Positions 1 through 13,925 of a DNA stretch of 64,000 bases are shown in pieces. The DNA comes from Haliotis rubra (Eukaryota): positions 1 through 64,000 of the forward strand of contig NW_025765678.1 of the NCBI RefSeq assembly GCF_003918875.1, in the 5' to 3' direction. How positions within the stretch are numbered: the stretch's first letter is position 1; the number at the start of each line of letters is the position of its first letter. Below the pieces are notes generated by a model. That model saw only the letters and a list, made by a program, of their open reading frames with translations. It did not search any database and was not told the DNA's origin. The position numbers and the translations under genes were made by a program.

Positions 1-3000
1 ACGCATCACACATGGAATGACAGATCACCAAGGAGAATGGACAGGAAATGACACCGGAGGAAGACAGAGACCCAGAGGGAGAAGGACAGACACAAGGAAG
101 GACAGGAATGAGACAGAGGACAGAGGAAGAATGGACAGACAGAGGATCCAGACAGAGACAGAGGAGAATGACTGACACAGGGAGAATGGACAGGAACGAG
201 ACAGAGGAACAGACAGACAAGGACAGGAATGAAGGACAGAGGAGAAGGACAGGAAGACAGACACAGGGAGAAGGACAGAGAGGGAGACAGACAGACACAG
301 ACAAGGACAAGGAAGGAGGAGACAAAGGAAGAAGGACAGGACAGAGACACACAGGAAGAATGGACAGGAAGGAGACGAGACCGAGACAGACAGACAGAGG
401 GACAGGAATGAGACAGAAGACAGGACAGACATAGAAGGACCCAGTGGTGGAAGGAGACATAGAAGAAAGTGGTATAGTGGACCGGTAGGAAAGAGACAGA
501 AAGAGGCATGACAGACAACGAAGGAGACAGAAGTGGTATGGACCAGAGACGGAGACACAGACAGAGGAGACAGGAAGGAGACGACAGGAAGGAGGACAGA
601 ACAGTGGAATGGACTGAGACAGGAAGGATCCCAGGACAGACGTGGAGACAGAGGAACAAGGAGAGGAGGAAGGAGACAGTGACCCAGGACACACCAAGGA
701 AGGAGACAGAGGAGTGGACCCAGTGGAAGGACATAGGAGGAGGAAGGAGACAGACACACAATGGAGGAAATAGGATGAGACAGAGACAAGGAAGGACAGG
801 AATGAGACAGTGACAAGGAGGAAGGAGGACAGGAATGAGGACAGGAGGACAGGTGGAAGGAGGAAGGAAATAACGAGAGGAAGGAGACAGGATAGGAAAA
901 TGGACAGGAAGGAGACAGACAGGACACAGGAGAGACAGATGAAGACATCAGGACAGAGAGTGGCAGACAGACCAGGAAGGACAGGAATAGAAGACAGACA
1001 GAGTGAGGGAGAAGGACAGGAACGAAGAGGAAGAAAGAGAAGGAAATGGACACACAGAGGAATGGTGACAGACACTGGAGACAGAAGGACAGGAACAGAA
1101 GAGATACAGACCCAGGAAGACAAGACAGAAGGAGGACAGAGGAGAGGAGACAAGGAAGACATGAGACAAGGAGAAGGACAGTGGACAGAAGGGAGGAAGA
1201 CAGGACAGTGGAAGAGACAGGAACAGAGAGAAAGAGAGGACAGAACAGACGGAGACAGAGAAGGACAAGACAGGAAGGATCAGACAGAGAGAAGGAGACA
1301 GGAAGGAGAGACACAGGGACAGGAAGGACAGGAGGAGGAGGACAGTGACAGAAAGAGACAAGACGAAGAATGAAGAGGACAGGAAGGAGACAGAGACATG
1401 GAAGAAGAGAACAGACAGGAAGAGTGAGAGACAGACAAGAGGAAGAAGAAGACAGAGGAAGAAAGAGACACAGACAGACAGACAGACACAGACAGGAGAG
1501 ACACAGAAGACAAGAGGACAGGAAGGACAGAGGAAGGACCCCAGGAATGAGACAGAGATGGAAGAAATCAGAGAGACAAGGACAGGAAGGAGAGGACAGA
1601 CACAGACAGGAAGGACAGAGAAGGACAGACAGAGAAGACAAAAAGAAGGACAGGAAGACAGACTGAGACAGACAAGGAGAAGGACAGGAAGGAAGACAGA
1701 CAGAGTGTGGAAGAAGGAAGACAAGGAGAGAAGAGGACAAAGGAAGGAAGAACAGAAGACAGAGGAAGAACAGAAGACAGAGGTGGAAGAAGAAGAGGTG
1801 GAAGAAAGAGAGGACATAGGGACAAGAAGAGGAAGATAGAGAGGAAGGAATAGAAGGACAGATGGAGGAAGAAGAGAAGGGACTGGAAGGAAGGAAGAAA
1901 TAGACAGAGGAAGAAGAAAAGGAAGGAGACAGGAGAAGAAGAGACAGGAAGAAGGAAAGAATGAGAAGGAGACAGAGGAAGAAGGACAGGAAGGAAAGAC
2001 AGAGGAAGAGGATAGAAGGACAGGGGAAGGAAGAGGAAGCAGACAGAGGAAGAAGAGAAGAAGGAAAGATAGAGAAGGAAAGGAAGAATAGACAGGGAAG
2101 AAGAGATAGAGAAGGACAGAGGTGGACAGGGAGGAAATAGACAGACAGAAGAAGAGATAGACAGAGGAAGGAGAGAAGAGAATAAGGAAAGACAGAGGGA
2201 AGAAGAGAAAGACAGAGGTGATAGAAGGACAGAGGAAGGACAGAGGAGAAAAGAAAGAGGTGGAAGAGAGGGACAGGAAGAAGAAGAGACAGGAAGATAG
2301 GGAGAAGAGGACAGGAAGAAATAGGTGGAAGGACAGAGGAAGAAGAGAAGGAGAGACAGAGGTGGAAGAAGAGATGGACAGAGGTGGAGAGAAGAGAAGG
2401 AGAGAAGAATGGAAGGAACAGAGAAAGTGGATGGAAGAAGGACAGGAAGGAAGACAGAGGTGGAAGGATAGGAGGATGATGGATGGAAGAAGAGAAGGAG
2501 AGAGAGAAAGGAGAAGGAGAGGAAGAAGAAGAAGGACAGAGGAGAGAAGAGGAAGATGGAAGAAGGAAGAGGTGGAAGGAAGAAGAGAAGGGACAGGAAG
2601 GAAAGGATAGAGGAAGAAGGATGGGAAGAAAGAGGACCAGAATAGAAAAGAAAGAATCAGAAGGACAGAGGAAGAAGGAGAAGACAGGAGGGAAGAAGAG
2701 AGTAGACAGAGGAAGAAGAAGTAGACAGAGGTGGAAGAAGAGAAGTAGACAGGAGGTTGAAGAAGAAGTAGACAGAGGGATAAGAAATGTAGACAGAGGT
2801 GGATAGAAATGACAGAGGTGGAAGAAGAAGTGGAAGAGACAGAAGGGAAGAAGTAGACAGGAGGGTGAAGAATAGAAGTAGACAGAGGAAGAAGAAGACA
2901 GAGGAAGAAGAGAAGGACAGAGGAAGAAGACTGACTGGGACAGTGGACCAGACCACATGGAGACAGAAGGAAGAACACAGAGAGTGGAGACAGGAGGAAG

Positions 3001-6000
3001 GAAGACAGGAAGGGACAGAGAAGAGATAGAAGGAAGACAGGGAAGACAGAGGCAGACAGAGGAACAGACACAGGAAGGACAGGGACACAGAAGACAGAAG
3101 GACAGGGATAAGACAAGGACAGAAGAAGACAAAGACACAGAGAAGGACAGAAGACACACAGACAGGAAGAAGACAGACAGAGGAAGACAGAGGTGGACAG
3201 GAGACAAGGAAGGAGAGGAAGAAGAGGGATCAAGACAGGAGACAGACAGGAATGAGAAGACAGAGGGGAGTGAAGATGTAGACAGAGGAAGAGAATGGAC
3301 AGACAGAATGAGACAGACAGAGGAAGAAGACAGACAGAGAGGACAGGAAGAGATAGACACAGAGGAAGACAGAGGAAGACAGAGGAAGGAGGACACAGAC
3401 ATGGACAGACAGACAGGAAGACACAGGACAGACAAGACAGAGAGGAGAGGACAGAGACACAAGAAGATGGGACAGACAGACAGAGGACAGACAGAGGACA
3501 CAGGACAGACAAGAGACAGGAAGAAGGACAGAGGAAGAAGAAGGAAAGACAGGAGGAAGAACAGAAGGAAGACAGAAGACAGAAGGAGGAAGGACAAGGA
3601 AATGACAGAGGAAGGAGACAGGAAGACTGGGGACACAGACAGAGGACAGAAGCAGACAGAATGGACAAGGAAGACAGACAGAAGGACAGGAAGGACAGAG
3701 CAGACAGAGGAAGAAGAGAAGGAAGGAAGGAGACAAGAAGACAGACAGAGGAAGAAGTAGACAGGAGGACAGAAAGAAGAGAGGAAGGACAGGAAGAACA
3801 GAGGAAGACAGAGAAGGACAGAGGAAGAAGACAGACAGAAGAAGAGAAGCAGACAGAGGGAAGAAGAAGACAGAAGAAGACAGAGACAGGACAGAAGACA
3901 GAGACAGAAGAAGAAGAAAAAGAGAAGACAGAGGAAGAAGACAAAGACAGAGACAGAAGAAGGAAGAAGACAGAGGAGGAAGAAGGACAGGAAGAAGAGA
4001 GAAGAGATAGACAGACAGGAGGAAGACAGACAGAGAAGAAGGAGAGGAGGAAGAAGAGAAGACTGAGACAGAGAGGAAGAAGAGAAGAAGACAGAGGAAG
4101 AGAAGGAGGACAGAGGAAGAGAAGGACAGGAAGGACCAGAGACAGAGCAGGAAGGACAGAAGGACAGAGAGACAGAAGGAAGGACAGGAAGACACAAAGA
4201 CAAAGACAGGAAGAAGAAAGGAAGACAGACAGGAAGAAGACAGGAAGGAGAGACAGACAGAGGTGAAGAAAGAAGGAGAGAGAGGACAGAGAGAGGAAGA
4301 AGGAAGGGAAGGAAGACAGAGGTGAAAGAGAAGAGACAGAAGGAAGAAGAGAAGAGACACAGAGGAGAAGGAAGAGAAGGAAGACAGAGGAAGAAGAAGA
4401 GACAGAGACAGGGGAAGAGACAGAGAAGAAGACAGACAGGAACAGAGAGATAGACAGAGGAAGAAGACAGAAGGAGAAGAAGAGGAAGAGAGAGACAGGA
4501 AGAAGACAGGACAGGAAGAAGAGAAGACAGAGGAAGGACAGGAAGGAGAAGACACAGAGGGCTGGAAGAGAAAGAGGAAGAGAAGAGGAGTGAGACAGAA
4601 GAGAAGAGAAGAAGACAGAGGAAGAGGAGAAGGACAGAGGAAGGAGAGACAGACAGAGTGGAAGAGAGAAGGACAGGGAAGGAGAGAAGAGACAGGTAGA
4701 CAGAGATGGAGAAGGAGAAGGAAGAACAGACAGGAGGAAGAAGAGAGAAAGACAGAGGAAGGACAGGAGACAGAGGAAGGAAGAAGAGACAGAGGACAGA
4801 GGAGGAAGAAGAGAGTAGATAGAGGTGGAAGGAAGAAGGTAGACAGAGGGAAGAAGAGAAGGGACAGAGAGGAAGAAGAGAAGAAGACAGGGAAGAGAAG
4901 AGAATGGTAGACAGGAGGTGGAAGAAGAGGAAGAAGAGAAGGATGGGGAAAGAATGAGTAGACAGACACAGGAAGAAGAAGAAGACAGGTGGAAGAAGAG
5001 ATAGACAGGAGGAAGGACAGAGAAGGACTAGATACAGAAGAAAGAAGAAGGACAGAGGTGGAAGAAGAAGTAGACAATGGTGGAAGAAGCAGTGGAGATA
5101 GACAGAGGTGGAAGAGACAGAGGAAGACAGGAGGAAGAAGAGTAGTAGACAGAGGTGGAAGAATAGAAGGAAAAGACAGAGGAAGAAGAGGAAGACAGAG
5201 GTGGAAGAATAGGAAGGACAGAGGTGGAAGAAGAGACAGTAGGAACAGAGGTCAGGAAGAAGGAGGATAGAAGGAGACAGAGGAAGAAGAGAAAGGACAG
5301 AGGGGAAGGAGAGAAATGGACAGAGGAAGAATAGAAGGAAGACAGAGGAAGAAGAGAAGTGGAAGAAGAGAAGGACAGAGGAAGAAGAGATAGACAGGAA
5401 GGAGAGAGGGACAGAAAGGACAGAAGAGGAAGAAGACGCAAGAGTAGGAGAGAGTAGAAGAATAGGAAAAGACAGAGGAGTAGATAGAAGGACAGAGGGG
5501 AAGAAGCAGACAGAGGAAGAAGAGAGTAGACAGAGGGAAGAAGAGAAGGAAGACAGAGGGGAAGAAGCCCCCAGATGGAAGGAGATAGAAGTAGACAGAG
5601 GAAGAATAGAAGCAGACAGAGAGAGAGAAGAGAAGTAGACAGGAGGAGAGAAAGGGGAAATAGACAGGATAGAGGTGAGGACAGGGAAGTAGACAGAGTA
5701 GGAAGGAGGGGAAGAATAGACAGAGAGAGGAAGAAGAGAAGTGGACACAGAGGAAGAAGAGAAGGACAGAGGATGGAAGAAAGGAGATAGATAGGAGGAA
5801 GAAGACAGAGAAGTAGATAGAGGTGGAAGAGAAGGAGGTGGAAGAATAGAAGGACAGATGGATAAGAATGGAGATAGGTGAAGAAAGAAGGACAGTGAAG
5901 AAGATACAGAGGGAAGATTGGGACAGGAATACAGAGAAGGAGGGGAAGATAGATAGAGGAAGAAGGACAGGAAGGACAGGGGTGGAGGAAGAGGAAGGAT

Positions 6001-9000
6001 AGAAGGAAGGGAAGGACAGGAGGGGGAAGGAAATAGGACAGAAGGACAGGTGGAAGGACAGGAATGACACAGGAAGGACAGAGGACAGACACAGACACAT
6101 GGGACAGATCCACAGAGAGAGACAGAGAAGGGACAAGGAGAGACACAGGAAGACACAGACACATGGACAGACACAAGGAGAATGGACACGAGACAGAGGA
6201 AAAGGACAGACAAGGACAAGGACAAGGAGGAAGGACAGAGGAGAATGGACAGGAAGGAGGACACAGGAGAAGGAAGACAGAGACAACTGGAGGAAGAAGG
6301 ACAGATCCAGGAGGAGAAGGACAAGACAGAGACACAAAGAGGGACAGGAAAGACACAGAGGAGAATGACAGGACAGACAGAGACACCGGAGGAACATGGA
6401 CAGGAAGACAGATCCCAGAGGAGGAAGGACAAGGAATGAGGACAGAAGGACAGGAATGAGACAGAGACACAGAGATCAACAGGAAGGAGACAGAGACAGA
6501 GGAGGAAAGGAGAAGGACAGGAAGGAGACACAGGAGGGAGGAAGGACAAGGACGGACAGGACAAGGAAGGAAGGAAGGACACAGGACAAGGAGATCCAGG
6601 AGGATCACAAGGAATGGACAGGAAGGACGGACAAGGACCCGGACACAGAGGAAGGACACAGGACAAGGAAGGAGACACAGACTTGCCCAAGTGAAGAGAC
6701 ACAGACAAGGAAAATGTGGCACAGACGACACACAGCCAGGAGGAAGGACAAGGACGAGGAAGGACAAGGACAGGAGGAGGACAGTATGGAGGATGCGGAG
6801 CCGACAGAATGGATGGAAGGGGTGGAGAAGGAAGAGACAAGGACAAGACACAGAGGAGGAAGGACATGGAAGGAGAGACTGAGACACAGGAGAACAAGGA
6901 AAGGAAGGAGAGAGACAAGGTGGAAGAAGGACAGGATGGAGGAGATAGTGATGAAGGAAGAATGGACAGGCATGTGGACAGTGGACATGGAGGAAAAGGA
7001 CAGGAAAGACACAAAGGAAGGACAGGAATAGGTGGAGGAAAGGACAAATGGACAGGAAGGAGAGACAGGAGGACAGAGGAGAAGGAAGGAGAGAAGGAAA
7101 AGGAATGGAAGGACAGGAGAATGAGGACAAGGAAGGACAAGGAATGGTGGAGGAGACAGAAAGAAGGAATGAAGGGGACTGATGGAGGGAGAATGGACAG
7201 GAGAGGACACAGAGGGACAGGAAAGAGGAGATAGAGGACAGAGGAAAGAAGGAAGGAGAGAGATAGACACAGAAAGGAAAGGACAGGAAGGAGATAGAGG
7301 AAGAAGGACAGGAAGGAAAGACAGAGGAGGAAGGACAGGAGATAGACAGGAGTGGAGAAGGGACAGGAAGGAGATAGAGGACACAGAGGAGAATGGACAG
7401 GAAGGAGAGGATAGAGATAGAGGAGAAGGAGAAGGAAGGAGAGACAGAGAAGGACAGGGAAGGAGAGATTGAGGACACAGAGGAGAAGGACAGGGAAGGA
7501 GAGGACAGAGACAGAGGAAGAAGGGACAGGAAGGAGAGGAGAGACAGGAAGAAGGGAAGGAGATAAGGAGGAAGGGACAGGAGAGATAGACAAAAAAGGA
7601 GAAGGGACAGGAAGGAGGACAGAAGGACAGGAAGGAGATAAAGAGGGAGAAGGGACAAGGGGAAGGAGAGATAGAATACAGAGTAGGGAAGAAGGGACAG
7701 GGGAAGGAGAGATAGAGATAAAGGATGGGGAGATTAGGGACAGGGGAGGATAGGATAGAGGATACAGAGTAGGGAGAAGGGGACAAGGAGGAAGGAGGAG
7801 ATAGAGATACAAGAGTGAAGGAGAGGGACAGGGACAGAGGAGGAGATAGAAGTGATGCAAGGAAGGAAGAGAGGGACAGGGAAGGAGATAGGGAACTGAG
7901 AGTGGATAGAGAGGGACAGGAAGGAGAGGATAGAGATAGAGAGTGGAGGAGGGAGGGGGAGGAGAGATAGAGGAAGGAGAGTAGGGGAGACAGAGTACAG
8001 GAAGGAAGGGACAGGAGAGATAGAGGGTGGGGGAGAGGGACAGGGGAAGGAGAGATAGAGATGCTAGAGTAGGAGGAGAAGAGGGACAGAAGGGAGGAGG
8101 ATAGAGATACAGAGTAGGGGGAGAGGGACAGGGGAGGAAGGAGATAGAGACTGGAGAGGGGGAGAGAAGGGACAGGGAAGGAGAGATAGAGAGAGGGAAG
8201 TAGGACAGGGAAGGAGACAGAGGGAACAGAGGGTAGAGATAGCTGGAGTAGGGAAGAAGGACAGGAAGGAGATGGAGAGATACAAGAGGGGAAGGAGAGG
8301 GACAGGGGAAGGAGGAATAGAGATAAGAGGAGAAGGGAAGAGAAGGGACAGGAAAGGGGAGTGGGAGATAGATGTGGAGTAAGAGTGGGGGAGGGACAGG
8401 GAAGGACAGGGTGAGAAGGATGGACAGAGGGAAGGAGGGAGGGACAGGAAGGAGAGATAGGGAGGACAAGAGAAGGAGAAGGAAGGAAGAGAGGAGGAGA
8501 GATGAGAGTAGGGGAGGACAGGGACAGGGAAGGAGACATAGATAGGATAGGACAGGGAGGGAGGAGGGAGGAGAGATGGATGAGGCCTGAAGGAGTGTAA
8601 TGAGAAGGACACAGGGAGGGAGGAAGGAGGATAGAGGGATGAAAGAGATAGACAGAGAGAAGGGAGGACGACAGAGGAAGGTCGAGATACAAGAGTAGGG
8701 GAGGGGACAGGAGGATAAGGAGAGATAGCTAGGACAAGAATGAAGCTGATTGACAGATTAGGAGATGTGTATTGATCATGAGATATCGACAGAGAAGGCT
8801 GATAGACATGGAAGATGGATGAGAGGGAGGAAGGGGACAGGGAGATGGACAGGGACAGGGAAGAAGGAAGGAGGAGGACTGACAGAGGAATGCATCAGGA
8901 ATGAGATGACAGGAGAATGATCAGACAGAAGACAGGACCAGGAATGAGATGATCCCAGAGGGAGACATGAGACACAGGAGATCATGAGTGGATCAGGAGA

Positions 9001-10448
9001 CGTGGGATGACAGAGGGTGAGATGGCTGATCACAGAGGAGACACACAGAGACAGTGATGACAGCCAAGAGATGTGTAGCTGACGACAGAGGACGACAGAG
9101 ACACAGAGAAGGACAGAGAAGGAGAGACAGAGACACAGGACCAGACAGAGACACATGGAGACAGAGACACAGGAGACAGCACGACACAGGAGACACAGAA
9201 CAGAGACAGACACAGACAAGACACAGGAGACACAGACACTGAGACACAGCAGCAGAGTGGTGACACAGAGAAGGACACAGGACAAGAGACAGAGAGACAC
9301 AGTGGAGGACAGAGACACAGACACAGGCATGGACAGAAGGAGAGAGACAAGGAGAGATGACACACATGGACAGACACAGTGGACAGAGACACAGGAGACA
9401 CACAGGACATGAGACACAGAAGACACAGAGTGGAGGCAGGACACAAGGACAGACACAGGAGAGACATGGAGGACAGGATGACATGGAGAGAGACACAGGG
9501 AGAGGACAGAGACACGGAGAGACATCTGAGAGACACAGTGGAGAGACAGGAGGAGACAAGGACGAGTATAGTGAGTGGACAGAGACATGGAGAGACAAGG
9601 AGAAGGACAGGAGAGACATGGAGGGACAGGAAAGACCTGAGGGACACAGGAGAGACATGGGGAGAGAGCATGGAAGAGAGCAGGAGAGAGACGGAGGGAC
9701 AGGAAGGAGACACAGGAACAGGCACAGACACTGGAGATATGGAAGGTGGTGGAGACGTGGTGAATGGAATCAACACATGTGACGAGAGACCCACAGAGAC
9801 AGGAAACCCCACCGACGAAGGACAGAAACAATCCCAGAATATCAAGCACTAGAACGAACGCAGTGTGGAAAGACATAAACGGCTGATCACAACACAAAGA
9901 AGGTAGATCACCAGACTCAGGGACCATGGACTTACAGAACGGATGAAGGACACCACGGAGACGGAGAGGAAGGAAGGAGTGGAGAGGAAGGAGTGGAGGG
10001 AGGGAGCCGAACATGTGGAATGGAACGGAGCCTATGGATGAAGGAATCCCACAGTCCCAGGGAGAGAACAGACATGACAAACAATGATCCCATGACAGAA
10101 TCCCACCATGACACCCCACATGGAACAAACGGCCCAACCCCAGAGCCGAAACCACACACATGGAAGGAAAGGAAAGAAGGACAGCATGGAGGAACACAGT
10201 CTGGTACACAGTGGAAGCATGGGACCAGGACACGAGACCGACCGGACCAGAATGACCACCGACCCAGGATGGACCCGAAGAGACACACAAAGAATCGACC
10301 CCAGTGGGTCCCATCCCCAAACTACAGAGCGGAGGCACACATAACTGAAGGATTGCCCCACAGTCAATGTGTAGAGGTGGCTGAGACATGTGGAACAGCC
10401 CCATGCACAGCCTGAACACACACACTGTGGATCCACGGATCACACACA
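1..10448. repeat. Aperiodic purine-rich (GA/GACA/GGAA/GAAGA) low-complexity tract; possibly a sequencing or assembly artefact
   Basis: The + strand is overwhelmingly A/G and T-poor. Motif usage drifts along the tract (GACAG, GAAGA, GGGA, GACAC) with no stable period. Confidence 0.9.
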
Positions 10449-10527
10449 TATGACGCGGTAGGGGATCGAACCCGCGACCTTCCGCTCTCCGGGCGGACGC
10501 TCTAACCACTACACCACGTAGGCGGTC
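10449..10527 (-). mobile_element. tRNA-derived SINE head (family C), body missing
   Basis: Reverse complement is near-identical to the head of the complete copy at 19630 (GACCGCCT.CGTGGTGTAGTGGTTAGAGCG...GGTTCGATCCCC...CGTCATA); A and B boxes present. Confidence 0.85.
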
Positions 10528-10552
10528 TGGCATTTTAGAATATGCTATTTGA

Positions 10553-10717
10553 TGAACATGAAGAATTTTCTGGATTTCATCTTCCTTTTATTCTTTGATA
10601 CGTTTCGGGGCCTGGTCCGTCCCATCATCAGGCTAATGATTAGTTTTACTTGATGATCGGGCCGGAACGTATCAAATAATAAAAAGAAGATGAAATCCAG
10701 AAAATTATTTATGTTCA
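10553..10717. mobile_element. Palindromic element resembling a Penelope-like inverted pLTR, with a hammerhead-like core
   Basis: About 60-bp inverted arms. The - strand of 10597-10632 reads CCTGATGA-T-GGG...CCCC-GAAACGTATC. Confidence 0.55.
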
Positions 10718-11004
10718 ATAAACAAAAAGTTCATATCCCTGTATTTATGATTGATATACTCAAAGAAACGCGTTCGGTTTTAAATCAAATTTAGAGCTAT
10801 TATAATTTCGTTATGTGCCTCTGATTTTCCAACACAGTTTGCGTATCTCCTAAATGACTGACAAGTTATTTATCACTCATATATGGACTCACTGGTTGTT
10901 GAGACTCTTGTTGACAGTAAACGCTGTTTGAACCTATCAACGCTTCACCGTGATTCACCACTACCCCAGGAAAATATATATTCTGGAAATTTTGCAATTT
11001 ACAG

Positions 11005-11146
11005 TCCAAGCGACTCAGAACCCTGGCATAACCTTGGGGTCGTCCGAATAGGACTGCAGAAGTTGGGGCCCGCAGAAGAAAGCTTTCTAGAGGCTCTTCG
11101 ACACCGCAGGATGTTTCCTAACTGTCTATTTAACCTGGGCAATTTG
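11005..11146 (+). CDS. TMTC4: TMTC4-like protein O-mannosyltransferase, TPR exon (4th from last)
   Basis: tttacag|...|gtaatt boundaries. Encodes PSDSEPWHNLGVVRIGLQKLGPAEESFLEALRHRRMFPNCLFNLGNL, resembling the TMTC4 TPR 'AWMNLG..RRKYPDCYYNLG' (from recall). Confidence 0.8.
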
Positions 11147-11213
11147 GTAATTTTTTCTATGCCATTTCAGTGGATACGCTATGCATTCAGACACATGCTC
11201 TCGCACATAATCA

Positions 11214-11459
11214 CTGTGAAGATCCGGGTTAGAATTGATCTTCAGTAACTCATGCATGTCCTCAGAGCCGACTAACGGGATCAGGTGGTCAGGCTCGCTG
11301 ACTTGGTTGCCACATGTCATCGTATCCCAATTGCGTAGATCGCTGTGCATGCTGTTGATCACTGGATTGTCTGGTCCAGACTCGATTATTTACAGACCAC
11401 CGCCACATAGCTGGAATATTGCTGAGTGCGGCGTGAAACTAAACTCACTCACACACTTA
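11214..11459 (+). mobile_element. SINE-like family A, full length, non-tRNA head, (TCAC)n tail
   Basis: TSD cacataatca at 11204-11213 and 11460-11469; homologous to at least 6 other copies in the window. Confidence 0.85.
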
Positions 11460-12323
11460 CACATAATCATACGCACTGACGCACGATCATAAAGACGCAC
11501 GATAACAAACATACGATCCCACTCATACACAGACGTACAGATGCACAAACAAAGAGACTCAAAATCTCAGGCACGCACGCATACACACAAATACTCATAC
11601 TGGATCACATTGACACATATATACAAACACACACATACCCATATACATATACATGAAGGGTGCAGCCCAACCTTCTACCTGTCACTCGGCAATGGCGACA
11701 AAGCATTGTCAACAAACATAGTAAAATATCTCCAACGTAGCAACTTCACCACATTGATAATTATAGTTTCGTGTGAACAACCTCTCATCAGCACAGCAGT
11801 CTGACCATGTAGATATCGTAACCAATAAATGAGTGAATATGAGCTGTCTGATATAATTAACTGTTTTTTCATGGTGTCATTCAATATACATGTACATGTA
11901 TCTCAGAAAACCAGAAACTGTCATGAACCACGATGTTCATGATATGTATTTAACACTTCTAATCTGTTTATAATAGTTTGGCCCAGGTTTTTGCTAAAGA
12001 CGTGATCGACAAATAGTTCGAGAGACACTGGTGACGTTAGAAATTCTGATATCATACAGCCGTTTTTGTTACCTTATAGACAGTAGACAGATATATATTG
12101 TCAGGAGATACTCGTAAGGCTTGAAATACAGTTAAAGGGTGATATCTTAGTTACGGCGACCCTTGTTACCTTGTAGCAAGGTTTTGCTCATTGTTCAGAT
12201 GTAGAACGTCAGATTCAGCAGATGCCATCGAAACATTGCATCATTGTTGACGCCATGTCATTTCCTTGAATGTATCTGAAAAAAGGATTTTGTAATCACA
12301 AGTACAGTGTGTTGAACGTTTAG

Positions 12324-12610
12324 TGTGTGAGTGAGTAAATACTCACCGTTACATCGGTAATAATGCAGCCATATCGTGACGAGTACATGTAACCCATAAA
12401 AATCCCGTCGCCTGTGGACAGAAACACAGCTAAAGTTTGACTCAAAACAAGCATGTAATGATAAACAGATATAAAAACAGGCTATAGATCGCACGCAACT
12501 GAATTTGTCATTTGTGTAGTGAAAACAAAGAAAGGTCCACCATAGTAGGAACCATGGGTATTTACTGTAATTTTGCTACCTTCAGGGACACCAGTTGCAT
12601 AGTTTCGATA
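12324..12610 (-). mobile_element. I-group LINE 3' UTR fragment (intronic)
   Basis: Matches the 3' UTR and tail of the copies at 19052 and 60300-60660. Confidence 0.7.
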
Positions 12611-12686
12611 TACGCTTTAATTGACAAGGTCTTACCCACAGACGAGCTCCATCCTGTAAACATGGACTTAACATTGACTGTTGCAG

Positions 12687-12801
12687 TACAAGTACCTGGG
12701 TCGCCATACAGAGGCCATCGCGGCATGGCGGAATGTTACACAAATCAGTCCTACATACACCGGGGCCTGGAAACACACTGTGATGCTTCTGCAGGATCTG
12801 G
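12687..12801 (+). CDS. TMTC4: TMTC4-like TPR exon (3rd from last)
   Basis: ttgcag|...|gtaaga, phase 0 to 1. Encodes YKYLGRHTEAIAAWRNVTQISPTYTGAWKHTVMLLQDLG. Confidence 0.8.
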
Positions 12802-13238
12802 GTAAGAGATGCATTAGCCGGTATCCTCCACTGACAATGAAAACAAAAACCTCAGAAATGATTTATTTTATTTCAGTTTTATCAAAGTGAAATATTATAG
12901 AGACTAAGATTGTAGAAATATCATTGACATAACCACAAACCCGTTTGACATATTACAAATGTATGCCTGGCTGAACCTTCATCCATCAGCATAAAGAGAA
13001 CTGGGTTGAATGAGAATTATACTGACGTACAAAAGAAAGTTCACATCTGGTGGTGGTGGTGGTGGGGTGGGGGTTTGACCAAAGAAAACGTGAAAACCGT
13101 CTTGATTGTCTTAATATTGACACTGTGTACTCGTTGCCAAAACACCAGGGATATCCTTCACAACGATGTGAGTGCAAAATTGTGACAATCAGGATTTTGT
13201 TTTACGTCACTTTGTAAATATGAAATTTCCCTATGCAG

Positions 13239-13418
13239 GAAAATATGACCGTGCTATTGTGGTTGGTAAAGAAGCTCTAAAGTTTCTCCCTGACGAAGCC
13301 GACTTGCTGATTAATCTTGCAAGCGTGTACACGAAGGCAGAGAGGTACGAGGAAGGTGAACACCTGTTGCAGACTGCCATTAAGAGACACCTGCATCCGC
13401 TTCTACATCACAGTCTAG
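13239..13418 (+). CDS. TMTC4: TMTC4-like TPR exon (penultimate)
   Basis: atgcag|...|gtatgg, 180 nt, phase 1 to 1. Encodes KYDRAIVVGKEALKFLPDEADLLINLASVYTKAERYEEGEHLLQTAIK... Confidence 0.8.
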
Positions 13419-13796
13419 GTATGGGGTAACCATCAGAGGTTATGTAATATCAACAAGCAATTGACGTAAAGTTCAAGGCGTAGGGCATTTTCATACTTGT
13501 ATCTCTGAATGCTCAGTGTGTGAGTGAGTTGACATGTTTTAAGTCACGTCAGCAATATTTCATCCGTATTGTGACTGTAACATAGTTTATTAAAGAATCT
13601 ACTCTTTACCTATCCCTATTATGATGAAATAGCCACTTATGATTTAACATATATTATACCTGGGATTACACTTTGATAATCTTACGTAACGTTCCGATAA
13701 TAGTATCTGAACTGAGCCCCATTCGTAATTCAAATCCACACTCTCAGAGGCACGCAAAGTCAGAATGCACTTTACTTTAAAGGTCCTGTAAGCTCG

Positions 13797-13925
13797 TGTG
13801 TGAGTTGGGTTTTAAAACCGCTTTTTTTGCAATATTCCAGCAATATCACTTCGGGGGACACCAGAAATGGGCTTCACAAATTGTACCCATGTGGGGAATC
13901 GAACCCGGTTCTTCGGCGTGACGAG
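13797..13925 (-). mobile_element. tRNA-derived SINE family B, partial
   Basis: Reverse complement of part of 39327-39491. Confidence 0.8.

Noticed and set aside
25-10533. Very long ORFs (2814, 998, 876, 695, 585 aa and others) in the first 10 kb
   Set aside because: Overlapping ORFs in all frames with S/L/P/F/C or R/E/G/K composition arise from stop-codon scarcity in a purine/pyrimidine-skewed tract; no domain is visible.
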